Source of the DNA: Promethearchaeota archaeon
GTDB taxonomy: Archaea; Asgardarchaeota; Lokiarchaeia; Sigyniarchaeales; SOKP01
Direction: 5' to 3'
DNA: 64,000 nt
Assembly: GCA_019058245.1 (NCBI GenBank)
Contig: JAHPZJ010000010.1
Location: forward strand, 78,224 to 142,223
The notes under the pieces are model-generated. The model made no database searches. It was not told the DNA's origin and saw nothing but the letters and a program-made list of their open reading frames with translations. Shown piece by piece: positions 31,478 to 40,929 of this stretch; within the stretch, counting starts at the first letter, position 1, and the number at the start of each line of letters is the position of its first letter. The translations under genes were made by a program, and so were the position numbers.

Positions 31478-31903
31478 ATGTCAATATATGTCGTTCAACC
31501 AGAAAGACTTGTTGAAGCAATAGCAGAAAAATTGAAAGAGTATCCAGAAATTTCACCACCTAAAGGCTCAGAATTTTGGAAAACTGCCTTTTTTAAAGAA
31601 TTAGCCCCACATGACTCAGATAACTTCTGGTATATCAGATGTGCCTCTCTTCTTAGAAAAGTGAAGAAGTTTGGTCCCATTGGTGTAAATAAACTTAGAA
31701 AATTTTATGGGGGACGAAATAGAAAAGGTCCTGGTCGAAGTCACTCTGCAAAGGGAAGTGGAAAAATTATTAGAGTAGCCCTACAACAATTAGAAAATGC
31801 AAATTTACTCATGAAAGTTGAAAAAGAAGGAAGAGTAGTTTCTGCTGAAGGTACAAGTCTATTAGAACGAACGGCATATACAGTTTTAAGACATAAAACC
31901 TAA
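31478..31903 (+). CDS. rps19e: 30S ribosomal protein S19e
   Basis: KE..P...WYIRCASLLRK, YGGR, GSGKIIR.ALQQLE. Confidence 0.97.
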   Translation: MSIYVVQPERLVEAIAEKLKEYPEISPPKGSEFWKTAFFKELAPHDSDNFWYIRCASLLRKVKKFGPIGVNKLRKFYGGRNRKGPGRSHSAKGSGKIIRVALQQLENANLLMKVEKEGRVVSAEGTSLLERTAYTVLRHKT

Positions 31904-31928
31904 GAATTGGAAACTTTAGGGATTTAAA

Positions 31929-32270
31929 GTGAGTAATGACGAGGAATTAGATAATATCAGAAAAAGAAAGTTACAGGAACTGCAACAACAAGCGGCTCAA
32001 CAACAAATAGCTGAAGCTCAACAAAAAGATTTTGAAAAAAAAAAATATCAAATTATGAGAAAGATATTAAGTCAAGAAGGAAGACAACGATTAGAAAATA
32101 TTCGGATGGTTAAACCAGAATTTGCACAACAAATCGAATTACAGTTGATCCAATTATTTCAATCAGGACAACTAAGAGGAGCAATACCTCTACCAGATAA
32201 AGCATTTAAAAAACTTTTAGAGCAAATATCCTCGATGGGAAGGAAGAAAGGATTTAATATAAAAAAATAA
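31929..32270 (+). CDS. PDCD5-like DNA-binding protein
   Basis: ELDNIRKRKLQEL, IL..EGRQRL.NI.MVKPE. Confidence 0.93.
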   Translation: MSNDEELDNIRKRKLQELQQQAAQQQIAEAQQKDFEKKKYQIMRKILSQEGRQRLENIRMVKPEFAQQIELQLIQLFQSGQLRGAIPLPDKAFKKLLEQISSMGRKKGFNIKK

Positions 32271-32308
32271 TTTAAATTATTACAAAAATTTTAAAGAGAT
32301 TGAGATCT

Positions 32309-32470
32309 ATGGCAAGAAATAAGGATTTACCTTCTAAATTACGAAGAGCAAAAAAATATAAGCAGAGTCAATCAATTCCAAGCTGGGTTACAATAAAAAC
32401 AAATCGTAAAGTGAGGGATAGCCCCTACTCTTCAAGAACATGGCGAAATACAAGATTAAAACGAGATTAA
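32309..32470 (+). CDS. rpl39e: 50S ribosomal protein L39e (53 aa, not in the ORF track)
   Basis: MARNK..K.R.AK..KQ..IPSWV..KT....R.WR.T.L; canonical position before L31e. Confidence 0.93.
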   Translation: MARNKDLPSKLRRAKKYKQSQSIPSWVTIKTNRKVRDSPYSSRTWRNTRLKRD

Positions 32471-32499
32471 ATAAAATAATTTCAAAAAATTGAAGGATA

Positions 32500-32940
32500 A
32501 TGGCAAAAAAGGAAAAAGAGATCAATTTAGAGGATTTGGAAGAGGAATTAGGAGAATCTGAAGAATCAGAAGAAATTGAAGAAATAGAAGAATTCAGTTT
32601 GGATGAAATCTCAGAAGAAGAAGAAATAAGTGAGATTTTTGAAGAAGAGATTGAAGAAGAGGAAGAAGAAATAGAAGTTCCAAAAGAAGAAATAATTGAT
32701 GAACGGATATATATAGTCCCTCTTGCTAAAGCACGGAATGGCCCAAGAAATAAAAGAGCTAAAAAAGCAATTAGGTTTTTAAAAGAATATATAACACGAC
32801 ATTTCAAGCCAGAATCTTTAGTAATTACTCAAGAAGTGAATGAACGTATTTGGTCCAAAGGAATTCAAAAACCACCACGAAAATTAAAAGTTAGGGCAAC
32901 CAAAAATATTGATGGATTAGTGGTTGTTTATTTAAGTTAA
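32500..32940 (+). CDS. rpl31e: 50S ribosomal protein L31e with an acidic N-terminal extension
   Basis: ERIYIVPL, KRAKKAI, VNERIWSKGIQKPP. Confidence 0.95.
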   Translation: MAKKEKEINLEDLEEELGESEESEEIEEIEEFSLDEISEEEEISEIFEEEIEEEEEEIEVPKEEIIDERIYIVPLAKARNGPRNKRAKKAIRFLKEYITRHFKPESLVITQEVNERIWSKGIQKPPRKLKVRATKNIDGLVVVYLS

Positions 32941-33030
32941 AAATCACCACTTGTTATATAATTTTAAAAGTAAAATGTTCTCTTTTTAGATAAAAAATTA
33001 AAGAAATAGAATCAAATCAGTTTATCATAA

Positions 33031-33702
33031 ATGGCAATTATTAAGGCGCAAATTTTTGGTCGAAATTTAATTGGAGCGTTTCTAGCTGCTAATAATTCTT
33101 ATGTACTTTATCCACCAACAATGATAAAACCGTTACTAAAAAAATTCAAAATTATTTTCGAAGAACCTTTTTATCCACTTACAATTAATAATTCTAATTT
33201 ACTGGGTATCTATTCTGCATCAAATAAATATGGAATTATTGTACCTCACATTATAAGAGAAGATGAGCTAAATAATTTAAGATCATTTGTAAATAAATCA
33301 TATAATATAGGAGTTTTAAAATCAGTTGATAATGCTTTTGGAAATTTAATTCTATGTAATGATAAGGGAGCGATAATTAGTTCATTTTTAAAAAATTATA
33401 GAACTGAGATTGAAGAAATATTAAATGTTGAGACTGTAATTTATGAATTTGCTAATTTTTTCCTTCCTGGTTCAATTTCAATAGCAAATAATAATGGTTG
33501 TTTGGTTCATCCTTTATCTACAGATGAGGAGATTGAATTTATATCATCAATTTTAAAGGTTGACGAGGTTGATGTATCAACCATTAATCGTGGAGTACCT
33601 TATTTAAGTTCAGGAGCAATAGTAAACGATAAAAGTGGAATATTTGGTATGAATTCTACAGGTCCAGAATTAATGAGACTTACATCAGTTCTTAAACTTT
33701 AA
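33031..33702 (+). CDS. eif6: Translation initiation factor 6
   Basis: AFGNLILCND, ANNNGCLVHP, TINRG, STGPEL. Confidence 0.95.
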   Translation: MAIIKAQIFGRNLIGAFLAANNSYVLYPPTMIKPLLKKFKIIFEEPFYPLTINNSNLLGIYSASNKYGIIVPHIIREDELNNLRSFVNKSYNIGVLKSVDNAFGNLILCNDKGAIISSFLKNYRTEIEEILNVETVIYEFANFFLPGSISIANNNGCLVHPLSTDEEIEFISSILKVDEVDVSTINRGVPYLSSGAIVNDKSGIFGMNSTGPELMRLTSVLKL

Positions 33703-33798
33703 TTCTTATTCTTTATTAAAGCAGAAAAAAGAAAAAATTAATATTTTTTTATAAATTATCCTATTCTAAAGGTTTTGAAATTGTGGTTTTAATTAGTT

Positions 33799-34026
33799 AT
33801 GTCAGAAATAAAAATTTTTAGAATAATTGGTAGTTATAAAAAAGATCATAAAAAATATTTATTTAGAAAAGAAATTCGTTCATTGAAGGAAGAAGATGCT
33901 CTTGAAAAGGTATTAAGTCAAATTACTTCAATTGGTATATTCAGACGTCAGATTAATGTTCAAGAAATAAAGGAAATATCTTTAGAAGAATCTCAAGATC
34001 ATCTTATTCGAGAATTATCAGAATAA
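33799..34026 (+). CDS. rplX: 50S ribosomal protein LX (L18ae/eL20)
   Basis: FRIIG, FRKEIR...EDALEKV, RRQI.V.EI; gene context. Confidence 0.88.
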   Translation: MSEIKIFRIIGSYKKDHKKYLFRKEIRSLKEEDALEKVLSQITSIGIFRRQINVQEIKEISLEESQDHLIRELSE

Positions 34027-34049
34027 ATAGAAAAGAAGTATTACTAGAA

Positions 34050-34475
34050 TTGATAAAGATGGAAGGATCTCAAAAATACCAAGAACAATTATTACAAATT
34101 CAATACTTTAGGGAACAGTATAGTATGATTCAAGAACAATTAGAATTAATGAATGCCTCTCTTGGAAATATTTTAAATACTAAAATAACCATTCAAAATA
34201 TTAAAGAAGGAGTAAAGGAAGGTGATGAAATTCTTGTTCCGATTGGAGGTTTAGTCAATATAAAAGCAATAATTAAAGAACCAGAGAAGTTTTTATTAAA
34301 TATTCCTCAAGATGTTGTTATTGAAAAGGATTTAGATGGAACCATTGAATTTCTTGATAAAAATATTGAAAAACATAATCAGCAAATTGAATATTTAAAT
34401 AACCAACTACAAAAAGTGGAAATGACCCTTCGGCAAATTTCCGAAAATGTACAAAGGACTTATTCACAACAGTAG
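34050..34475 (+). CDS. pfdA: Prefoldin subunit alpha
   Basis: Coiled coils around EILVPIGG...VVIEK; gene context. Confidence 0.92.
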   Translation: MIKMEGSQKYQEQLLQIQYFREQYSMIQEQLELMNASLGNILNTKITIQNIKEGVKEGDEILVPIGGLVNIKAIIKEPEKFLLNIPQDVVIEKDLDGTIEFLDKNIEKHNQQIEYLNNQLQKVEMTLRQISENVQRTYSQQ

Positions 34476-34533
34476 AATTATTTATTTAAACTTATTTTAA
34501 ATTTAACATATTTTATAATTTCTGGAGAATTTC

Positions 34534-35427
34534 ATGCTTGAAAAATTAAAAAAAACTTTTTCTTCATTTGTTAATAAAACTTTAACAGAAAAAAAATTAG
34601 AGAATACAATCAATGATTTAAAACTGCTTCTTTTAAGTAATGATGTGGCTGTTGATACGGCTGATGAAATATGTAAAAAGATTACTGAATCTTTTGAAGG
34701 AGAACAATTAGGTCGTTTGAGTTCAACGCGAAAAATATTATTTGAGACTTTAAAAGAGACCATAACTAAGATTCTAACACCAGAAGAAGAAGTTAATTTA
34801 CTTGAAGAAATTAAAAAAAAAAAAGGAAAACCTTATGTAATTGTTTTTCTTGGTGTCAATGGTACAGGAAAAACTACTACTATGGCTAAAATCGCGAATC
34901 TTTTAAAAAATAATGGTTTTTCAATTGTAGCAGCAGCAGCAGATACATTCCGAGCAGCTGCAATTGAACAGTTAAAATATCATATGGATAAGGTAGGAAT
35001 AAGAGTTATAAAACATGAATATAAATCAGATCCTGCTTCCGTCGCCTATGATGCTATTGAACACGCAAAAGCAAAAAATATTGATGTTGTTTTAGTGGAT
35101 ACAGCCGGTAGACAAGTGACAGACAAAAACTTAATGATCGAAATTCAAAAAATATGCAGAATTGCCAAACCTGATTTAATTCTTTTTATAGGTGATAGTT
35201 TAGCAGGAAACGATGCTCTTTTTCAAGCAAAAGAGTTCAATAAACATGTAGGGATTGATGCCAATATTTTGACTAAACTTGATGCTGATGCTAAAGGTGG
35301 CGCTGCCTTATCAATTTCTTTTGAAACCAAGAAGCCAATAATTTTTTGTGGTGTGGGACAAGGTTATAATGATTTAATTCCATTTGATCATGAGATTTTT
35401 ATATCAAATATATTAGAGCAAGAATAA
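34534..35427 (+). CDS. ftsY: SRP receptor FtsY (NG domains only)
   Basis: GVNGTGKTT, DTFRAAA, DTAGR, TKLDADAKGG, GVGQ. Confidence 0.96.
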   Translation: MLEKLKKTFSSFVNKTLTEKKLENTINDLKLLLLSNDVAVDTADEICKKITESFEGEQLGRLSSTRKILFETLKETITKILTPEEEVNLLEEIKKKKGKPYVIVFLGVNGTGKTTTMAKIANLLKNNGFSIVAAAADTFRAAAIEQLKYHMDKVGIRVIKHEYKSDPASVAYDAIEHAKAKNIDVVLVDTAGRQVTDKNLMIEIQKICRIAKPDLILFIGDSLAGNDALFQAKEFNKHVGIDANILTKLDADAKGGAALSISFETKKPIIFCGVGQGYNDLIPFDHEIFISNILEQE

Positions 35428-35488
35428 AATGAAATAGAGCTTTGATCTCAAGAGATAAATTTTTATCTGACAGTACTTTATTTTAAGT

Positions 35489-35737
35489 GTGTCAAATTAC
35501 CCGAAATATGATAAATATAATATAGCTAAGAAGAAGAAAAAGGCAGGTTATTATAATAGAATCACAACTTTTTTCCAAAATTCAAGGAGAATATTAAAAG
35601 TAGCATCTAAGCCAAGTAGAAAAGATTACTTCTTAGTTTTCAAAATATGTATCATAGGAATTGCACTTTTAGGTGTTGTTTCATATGTAATTCAATTAAT
35701 CTTTTCTCTTCTTAACATTACTAAATGGGGACAATAA
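35489..35737 (+). CDS. secE: Protein translocase SecE/Sec61-gamma
   Basis: RILKVASKPSRKDY followed by a C-terminal TM helix. Confidence 0.92.
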   Translation: MSNYPKYDKYNIAKKKKKAGYYNRITTFFQNSRRILKVASKPSRKDYFLVFKICIIGIALLGVVSYVIQLIFSLLNITKWGQ

Positions 35738-35757
35738 CACTTAAGAGATAAATTCAT

Positions 35758-36942
35758 TTAGAAAAAATGGATTAATATTTGCTCGGGAATAGTTAATTCT
35801 TCTTCTTTATTTTTACATGCAATAAATTTAATTTTCATATTTATTGAGAGAGATAGAAGTCTTTTTGTTAAAATACCATCAATAATTAAAAACTTAGTAT
35901 CTTTAAAGTCTCTAATTTTTTCAAATAGTTCACCCACAGGGATATCAAACAACTTATCAAGATTCTTATTAAATCCAATAGCAAACCCCGCTTCAATATT
36001 CTTAGTTGATTCGATTATAATTCCATCATCCTTAATTTTGAGTTTTTTTAAGATTTTTTGAAAATTATCGGTTGATTCAACAGCTAATTTCTTATTTATT
36101 CCATTTTCTTTTGATATTTTCAGTGATTTTGCTGGCTTTTTATTTTGTAAAGCTTTTATCATTTGTTTTCTGGTTAATTCTTCAACTTCAAATCCATCAG
36201 GAGCTCTAGTAACAGAATTAATCTTAGTCACTTGTAAAAGTTCATTAAGGATAATTGTTCCCCCCCTATCTCCATCTACAAAAGCTGTAACTGATTTCTT
36301 TTGCTTAGCTAATTTGATTACAGATTTGGGTACATGAGTTCCTTGAACTGCTATAGTATTTTTAATACCAATTCTTAATAAATTAAGAACATCAGCTCGA
36401 CCCTCAACAATAATCAATTCTGGATTTGATTCCACTTCTGGACCTGCTGGAAGATTTTCAGGACCCCAAGAAATTATTTCTCCAAGTTTAATATCTGTAT
36501 CGATTTGTTCTTCAATTTCACTCTGATCTAATGATTTTTGATCCCATTCTTTTAAAAGTTCGGCGGCTCTTTCAATAATTTTTTGCCTTTTAGTTTCTCT
36601 TACATCTCGAATTTCAATTAGTTTAATTTCAGCTTCGCAAGGACCAACTCGAGAAACCGTCTCTACAGTAGCGGCTAAAAGAGCAGTCTCCCTTCTGGTT
36701 AATGATGATGGAATGTTAATGGTACCTTCTGAAATTCCTTCTTTAGATTCATTTTCCACTTCAATTCTTCCAATACGTCCTGATTTCTGTAGATCTCTTA
36801 AATCTAGATCTAAAAGTAATCCTTCTGTTTGTCCAAATATTGCCCCGACAATATCTGACTTCTCTACAACTCCTTTAATTTTGAATTTGACTTCAATAAT
36901 ATATTTTGTTGTAAATTCATTTTGGCTTGTAATTTTGACCAC
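35758..36942 (-). CDS. dnaG: Archaeal DnaG (TOPRIM; exosome-associated)
   Basis: GAIFGQTEGL, IVEGRADV, DGDRGG. Confidence 0.95.
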   Translation of the reverse strand: MVKITSQNEFTTKYIIEVKFKIKGVVEKSDIVGAIFGQTEGLLLDLDLRDLQKSGRIGRIEVENESKEGISEGTINIPSSLTRRETALLAATVETVSRVGPCEAEIKLIEIRDVRETKRQKIIERAAELLKEWDQKSLDQSEIEEQIDTDIKLGEIISWGPENLPAGPEVESNPELIIVEGRADVLNLLRIGIKNTIAVQGTHVPKSVIKLAKQKKSVTAFVDGDRGGTIILNELLQVTKINSVTRAPDGFEVEELTRKQMIKALQNKKPAKSLKISKENGINKKLAVESTDNFQKILKKLKIKDDGIIIESTKNIEAGFAIGFNKNLDKLFDIPVGELFEKIRDFKDTKFLIIDGILTKRLLSLSINMKIKFIACKNKEEELTIPEQILIHFF

Positions 36943-37489
36943 TTCCTTTTCTATTTTAATAATTTTTTATTTGTTCAATAAAACAGAACTTAAAGGAAGT
37001 CTTATGAAATAGAAGTAGAATCTAGCAAAATGGAATAGAAATCATTCCATTATAGTTTTATCTAATTGAATTCTATATTATTTTATCATTTAAGATATTA
37101 TTATAAATTATTATTAAACTTGAATTATAAAACTACTTCTTATTTATAATTATATTTCTTACTTGTAAGTTTGATTTACTGAACTCTTTATTTTTTTATT
37201 TTTTTTTTATTAACTACTTAATCGTTTTAATTAATTGGTGAAAATTTTTAATTCTTTTATTTGGAAATTTAATAATATAAATGTAATATTATGATTGGTT
37301 ATTATTTTTATAATATAATAAATAATTTTGATAACATTTACTATTATATCTACTAAAAATTATTTAACCAATTTATTTTTTTGCTAATTGGAAAAAAATT
37401 ATCGTGATTTGTCGATCTATTTAGTTAGTTTTTTATGTTATTTTTATTTTTGATATTATAAATTATAGGTTTCAAACCAAGTTTAAAAT

Positions 37490-38515
37490 ATGGAGAAAAT
37501 CATAGTTTTAGGAGGAAAAGGAGGAGTCGGGAAGAGTTCTATTAGTGCTGCTACAGCTGTGTTACTTTCAGATCTACTTCCTGAGAAAAAAATTTTACTT
37601 ATTTCTTTTGATATGGCCCATAACCTTAGTGATTTATTCAAATTAAAAATTGGAGATAAACTAACATTATTAAATAAAAATTTATGGGGTATTGAACCCG
37701 ATGCGGATAGTTATGCTAAGAAATATACAAAGGATTTAATAGAAAAAATGAAAACCCTTACAAGACAAATGCCACTTGTAGGAATGCTACCTCAAATTGA
37801 AAAATTTATAGATAAAACATTTACTGCTGATTCCATTCCATTGGCTTTAAAAAATGCTATGTTTTTTCAACAAATACTAGATGCTGAGGATATTAATACT
37901 CAAAATATTCAATTTGATATTATAATTGCAGATTTTCCCCCTACAGCAAACATGATTACTCTTTTTGAAATACCTGAAGATCAAGTAAAAGTAGTGCTCA
38001 AATACTCATTAAATTTCTATAATTCTATTAAAGGTGCTATTCGAAATATCTCAAAAATGTGGAGAAATATAGTTAAACCTTTTGATGATCAAGAGGAAAG
38101 AAGAGAGTTAGGGAAAGATATTTTCAACATGATTGTTGAATTAGAAAAGCGTGGAGAACGAATCTCAGACCTAATTCACAATATTGGATCACTTAGACTA
38201 GTAACTATAGCTGAAAAACCAAGTTTTGAAGAAATCAAAAGAGCTAGAGATTTAACACAGCGTTATATTAAATTAGAGGGTATCCATATAAATATGATTA
38301 TCCCGGAACCAAAAAAATGTGATTTTTGCGAAAAAATTAGAAATCTTCAACTTAGCTATACTACCGCAATTAAAAAAGAATTTAAAAAATTAAAAATCTG
38401 GCAATCAGAAAAACTTAAAGAAGAACCGATAGGATTAGATGGTTTGAGAGCTCTTGCTTATGAAGTTTATGGAGATAATATTAGTGCTGAGGAGATTTTA
38501 AAGCCTAAGATGTAA
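37490..38515 (+). CDS. ArsA/GET3-family ATPase
   Basis: GKGGVGKS, DMAHNLSD, DFPPT, CDFC, EEPIG. Confidence 0.88.
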   Translation: MEKIIVLGGKGGVGKSSISAATAVLLSDLLPEKKILLISFDMAHNLSDLFKLKIGDKLTLLNKNLWGIEPDADSYAKKYTKDLIEKMKTLTRQMPLVGMLPQIEKFIDKTFTADSIPLALKNAMFFQQILDAEDINTQNIQFDIIIADFPPTANMITLFEIPEDQVKVVLKYSLNFYNSIKGAIRNISKMWRNIVKPFDDQEERRELGKDIFNMIVELEKRGERISDLIHNIGSLRLVTIAEKPSFEEIKRARDLTQRYIKLEGIHINMIIPEPKKCDFCEKIRNLQLSYTTAIKKEFKKLKIWQSEKLKEEPIGLDGLRALAYEVYGDNISAEEILKPKM

Positions 38516-38661
38516 TTTCCGACAAAGTGAGTAATTTTTTATCTTTAGTATGGATTAAGAGCTTTTATTTTTAACTTAAAATTAGTTTTCTATTTCATGT
38601 AAATCTTTTTGAAATAGAATATATTTTGTAAAACTAAAAAGTTAAGATTATTAAGCGAAAA

Positions 38662-39120
38662 GTGAGGTTAATTATGAAAATAACTGATGATATGAAGAAT
38701 AATATAAAGGAACATTATGGATATACAGATGAGGAATTAGAAACTTTATTTGAAAATCCTAGAAATATTGAGGCAATTTCAAAATCATTGGGATTATTAG
38801 ATCGAACTATCGTAATTGAAGTCGTTTGCTCTCATGGTTGTACTGCGCAACATAAAATAGGAGATAAATTTTATTTTAATGGAATAGGACAATTACTTAC
38901 AAGGTATTGTCCTAAAAAAATTTGTATATATGCTTTAAGTGCATTAGACCATTTAATCTTTGCTGCAAATGAATTGTATTATGCGGGTGTTGATTCTAAT
39001 GAAATGAGGTTTAAACGTGCTGACTGTAAAGCCGATGTTGGTTTAAAGTGTGGAGGATTTGGTAAAATAGTAATGGAAATTAAAGTTGAAGATAGAAAAA
39101 AAATTCAAATTGGAAAATAA
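38662..39120 (+). CDS. Cys-rich conserved hypothetical protein (TIGR04076-like)
   Basis: EVV.SHGC..HKIGDKF, IC..AL, C.D.G..CGG.G. Confidence 0.6.
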   Translation: MRLIMKITDDMKNNIKEHYGYTDEELETLFENPRNIEAISKSLGLLDRTIVIEVVCSHGCTAQHKIGDKFYFNGIGQLLTRYCPKKICIYALSALDHLIFAANELYYAGVDSNEMRFKRADCKADVGLKCGGFGKIVMEIKVEDRKKIQIGK

Positions 39121-39293
39121 ATAATTTTAAGGATTCTAGAGAAATAAAAACCTAAAATTTATTTTTTTTATGATAAGTTATGGAATAGTTTTTTTATTAT
39201 TTTAGAAATAAGGGGAAGGATATAAATTTTTTAAGATCCTGATCTATTTTTTGTTGTATTGCTTGATTCTTAATTAAGAAATTCATTAATATT

Positions 39294-40448
39294 TTACTTA
39301 TTCATCTTTCTTTTTCTTGCAAGTTCCATAGATTTATTTAATATACCATTAAAAAGCTCTACATTTTTAAATAAATTGATTTCCTCACCACAGCTCATCC
39401 TTAGTAGTTCTAATACAGATAAAACCTTGTATTTTTTCATTTGAATTCGATAATCAAATGCAAAAGTAGAAATACACCCGGGGCAAGTATTAATTATATA
39501 TTTGGTATTTGCTTTCTTAAATTCTCTAAATCTTTTCGTTCGGATTTTTTCCATAAGGTTTCGATTCAATAAACTAAGAGACAAACCGCAACATAACGCA
39601 TTCTCACGATTATGCTCTAATTCTATTATTTCACAACCAGTTAGTTCAACAATTTTTCGAGGATAATCCAATAACTCGGGGTATTTTTTTACAACACAAG
39701 AATCATGAAAAGCGACTTTGAGATTCAATTTATTTGTTATTTTTAAATCACCTGCTTCAATTGCTTTCACAATATATTCCCAAATTGAAATTACCTCAAA
39801 ATCATTAGAAATTCTTTTATATTCAGTTTTATAAGCTTCATAACATTCATTACAAAAAAGAATTAATCGTTTAGCTCCTAAGCTAGAAAATCTAGAATAT
39901 AAATGATCTTCAAAGTCAATATTCGGAAGAGGCATACACGCTCTATGATAAACTTCACCACAACAAAAATCAATACCTCCTACAAGAGTCTTTCCTTCTA
40001 ATAACCCTTCAAGTGTAGGATTTTTATATAGATATTGCATAAGATACGAAATTGCGCACCCCAATACAACCAGTTCTTCAGATTTCGAAGGTGATTTCCA
40101 TTCTTCCAAATTCTTTGCTTCTTCAGGACTCATCATTACTTTTTCATAAAATTTATAAACATTTGGTTTATTAAATGGGAATATAAATTTACTTGAACTT
40201 CGAATTTTGCCATTTTCCTCTAATTCTTTTATTTTTGCTAATTTCAGTTCTTTAATTAAATATGATGGAGTTAAATCATTAGGACAATTTAAATCGCAGG
40301 TTCCACAAATTGCACATTGGTCAACAATAAAACTCGATCCATTAATAAGATTCTCAATTTCTTCCATAGCTTGATCGATATTCAAATCTATTATAGGACA
40401 GCTTTCTAAGCATACTCCACATCTTACACACTCATTTAAATCAAACAT
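39294..40448 (-). CDS. HdrD/GlpC-like Fe-S oxidoreductase (2x[4Fe-4S] plus CCG domains)
   Basis: CVRCGVCLESCP, CAICGTCDLNCP, CCG, HDSC, CCG, CPGC. Confidence 0.88.
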   Translation of the reverse strand: MFDLNECVRCGVCLESCPIIDLNIDQAMEEIENLINGSSFIVDQCAICGTCDLNCPNDLTPSYLIKELKLAKIKELEENGKIRSSSKFIFPFNKPNVYKFYEKVMMSPEEAKNLEEWKSPSKSEELVVLGCAISYLMQYLYKNPTLEGLLEGKTLVGGIDFCCGEVYHRACMPLPNIDFEDHLYSRFSSLGAKRLILFCNECYEAYKTEYKRISNDFEVISIWEYIVKAIEAGDLKITNKLNLKVAFHDSCVVKKYPELLDYPRKIVELTGCEIIELEHNRENALCCGLSLSLLNRNLMEKIRTKRFREFKKANTKYIINTCPGCISTFAFDYRIQMKKYKVLSVLELLRMSCGEEINLFKNVELFNGILNKSMELARKRKMNK

Positions 40449-40586
40449 AATTACTTATACTATTGATTTGGTATTATCAGTATTTTTTATTAATAAAAAT
40501 ATTTGATAATTCTAATAATAAAACATTTTTAAATAAATTAAAGGTAATTTTGAAAGAATAGATGAAAAATAAAAAATATTGACTAT

Positions 40587-40686
40587 TTATGGCCCCTCAA
40601 AAAAAACAGTGGATGTAGTTATATTGTTCCTCGGTCAGTTTATCAATCTCAACGCCCTTTGATTGCAGTTTTAGGAATCCTATCAT
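40587..40686 (-). pseudogene. Decayed copy of the last 33 codons of ahcY
   Basis: Encodes MIGFLKLQSKGVEIDKLTEEQYNYIHCFF, then a +1 frameshift, then EGP*; aligns to 42480-42578. Confidence 0.88.
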
Positions 40687-40929
40687 AAATACATAAGAAA
40701 TATTCCAATTATTTTGGAGCGTTAAGTAAAAGAGCTCTATATTCGCCAGAACTCGAAAAAATGTTGGAAAAGATCATTAGTAGTTCATTATAGGAGAAAC
40801 TGAATCAGAGAAAAAAAGATATCTCTATTTTACTTGTACTATTCTATTTTTATGAATAAATCATTAGAAAAATCTTTTTATTATAGAAGAAGTTTGAATT
40901 CATAATCCTATAAATAAGGAATTATTAAA

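Noticed and set aside
32388-32807. 139-aa Ser-rich ORF
   Set aside because: Antisense shadow of the Glu-rich L31e and of L39e
36943-37489. Long AT-rich gap as a replication origin
   Set aside because: No ORB-like repeats and no adjacent cdc6/orc1
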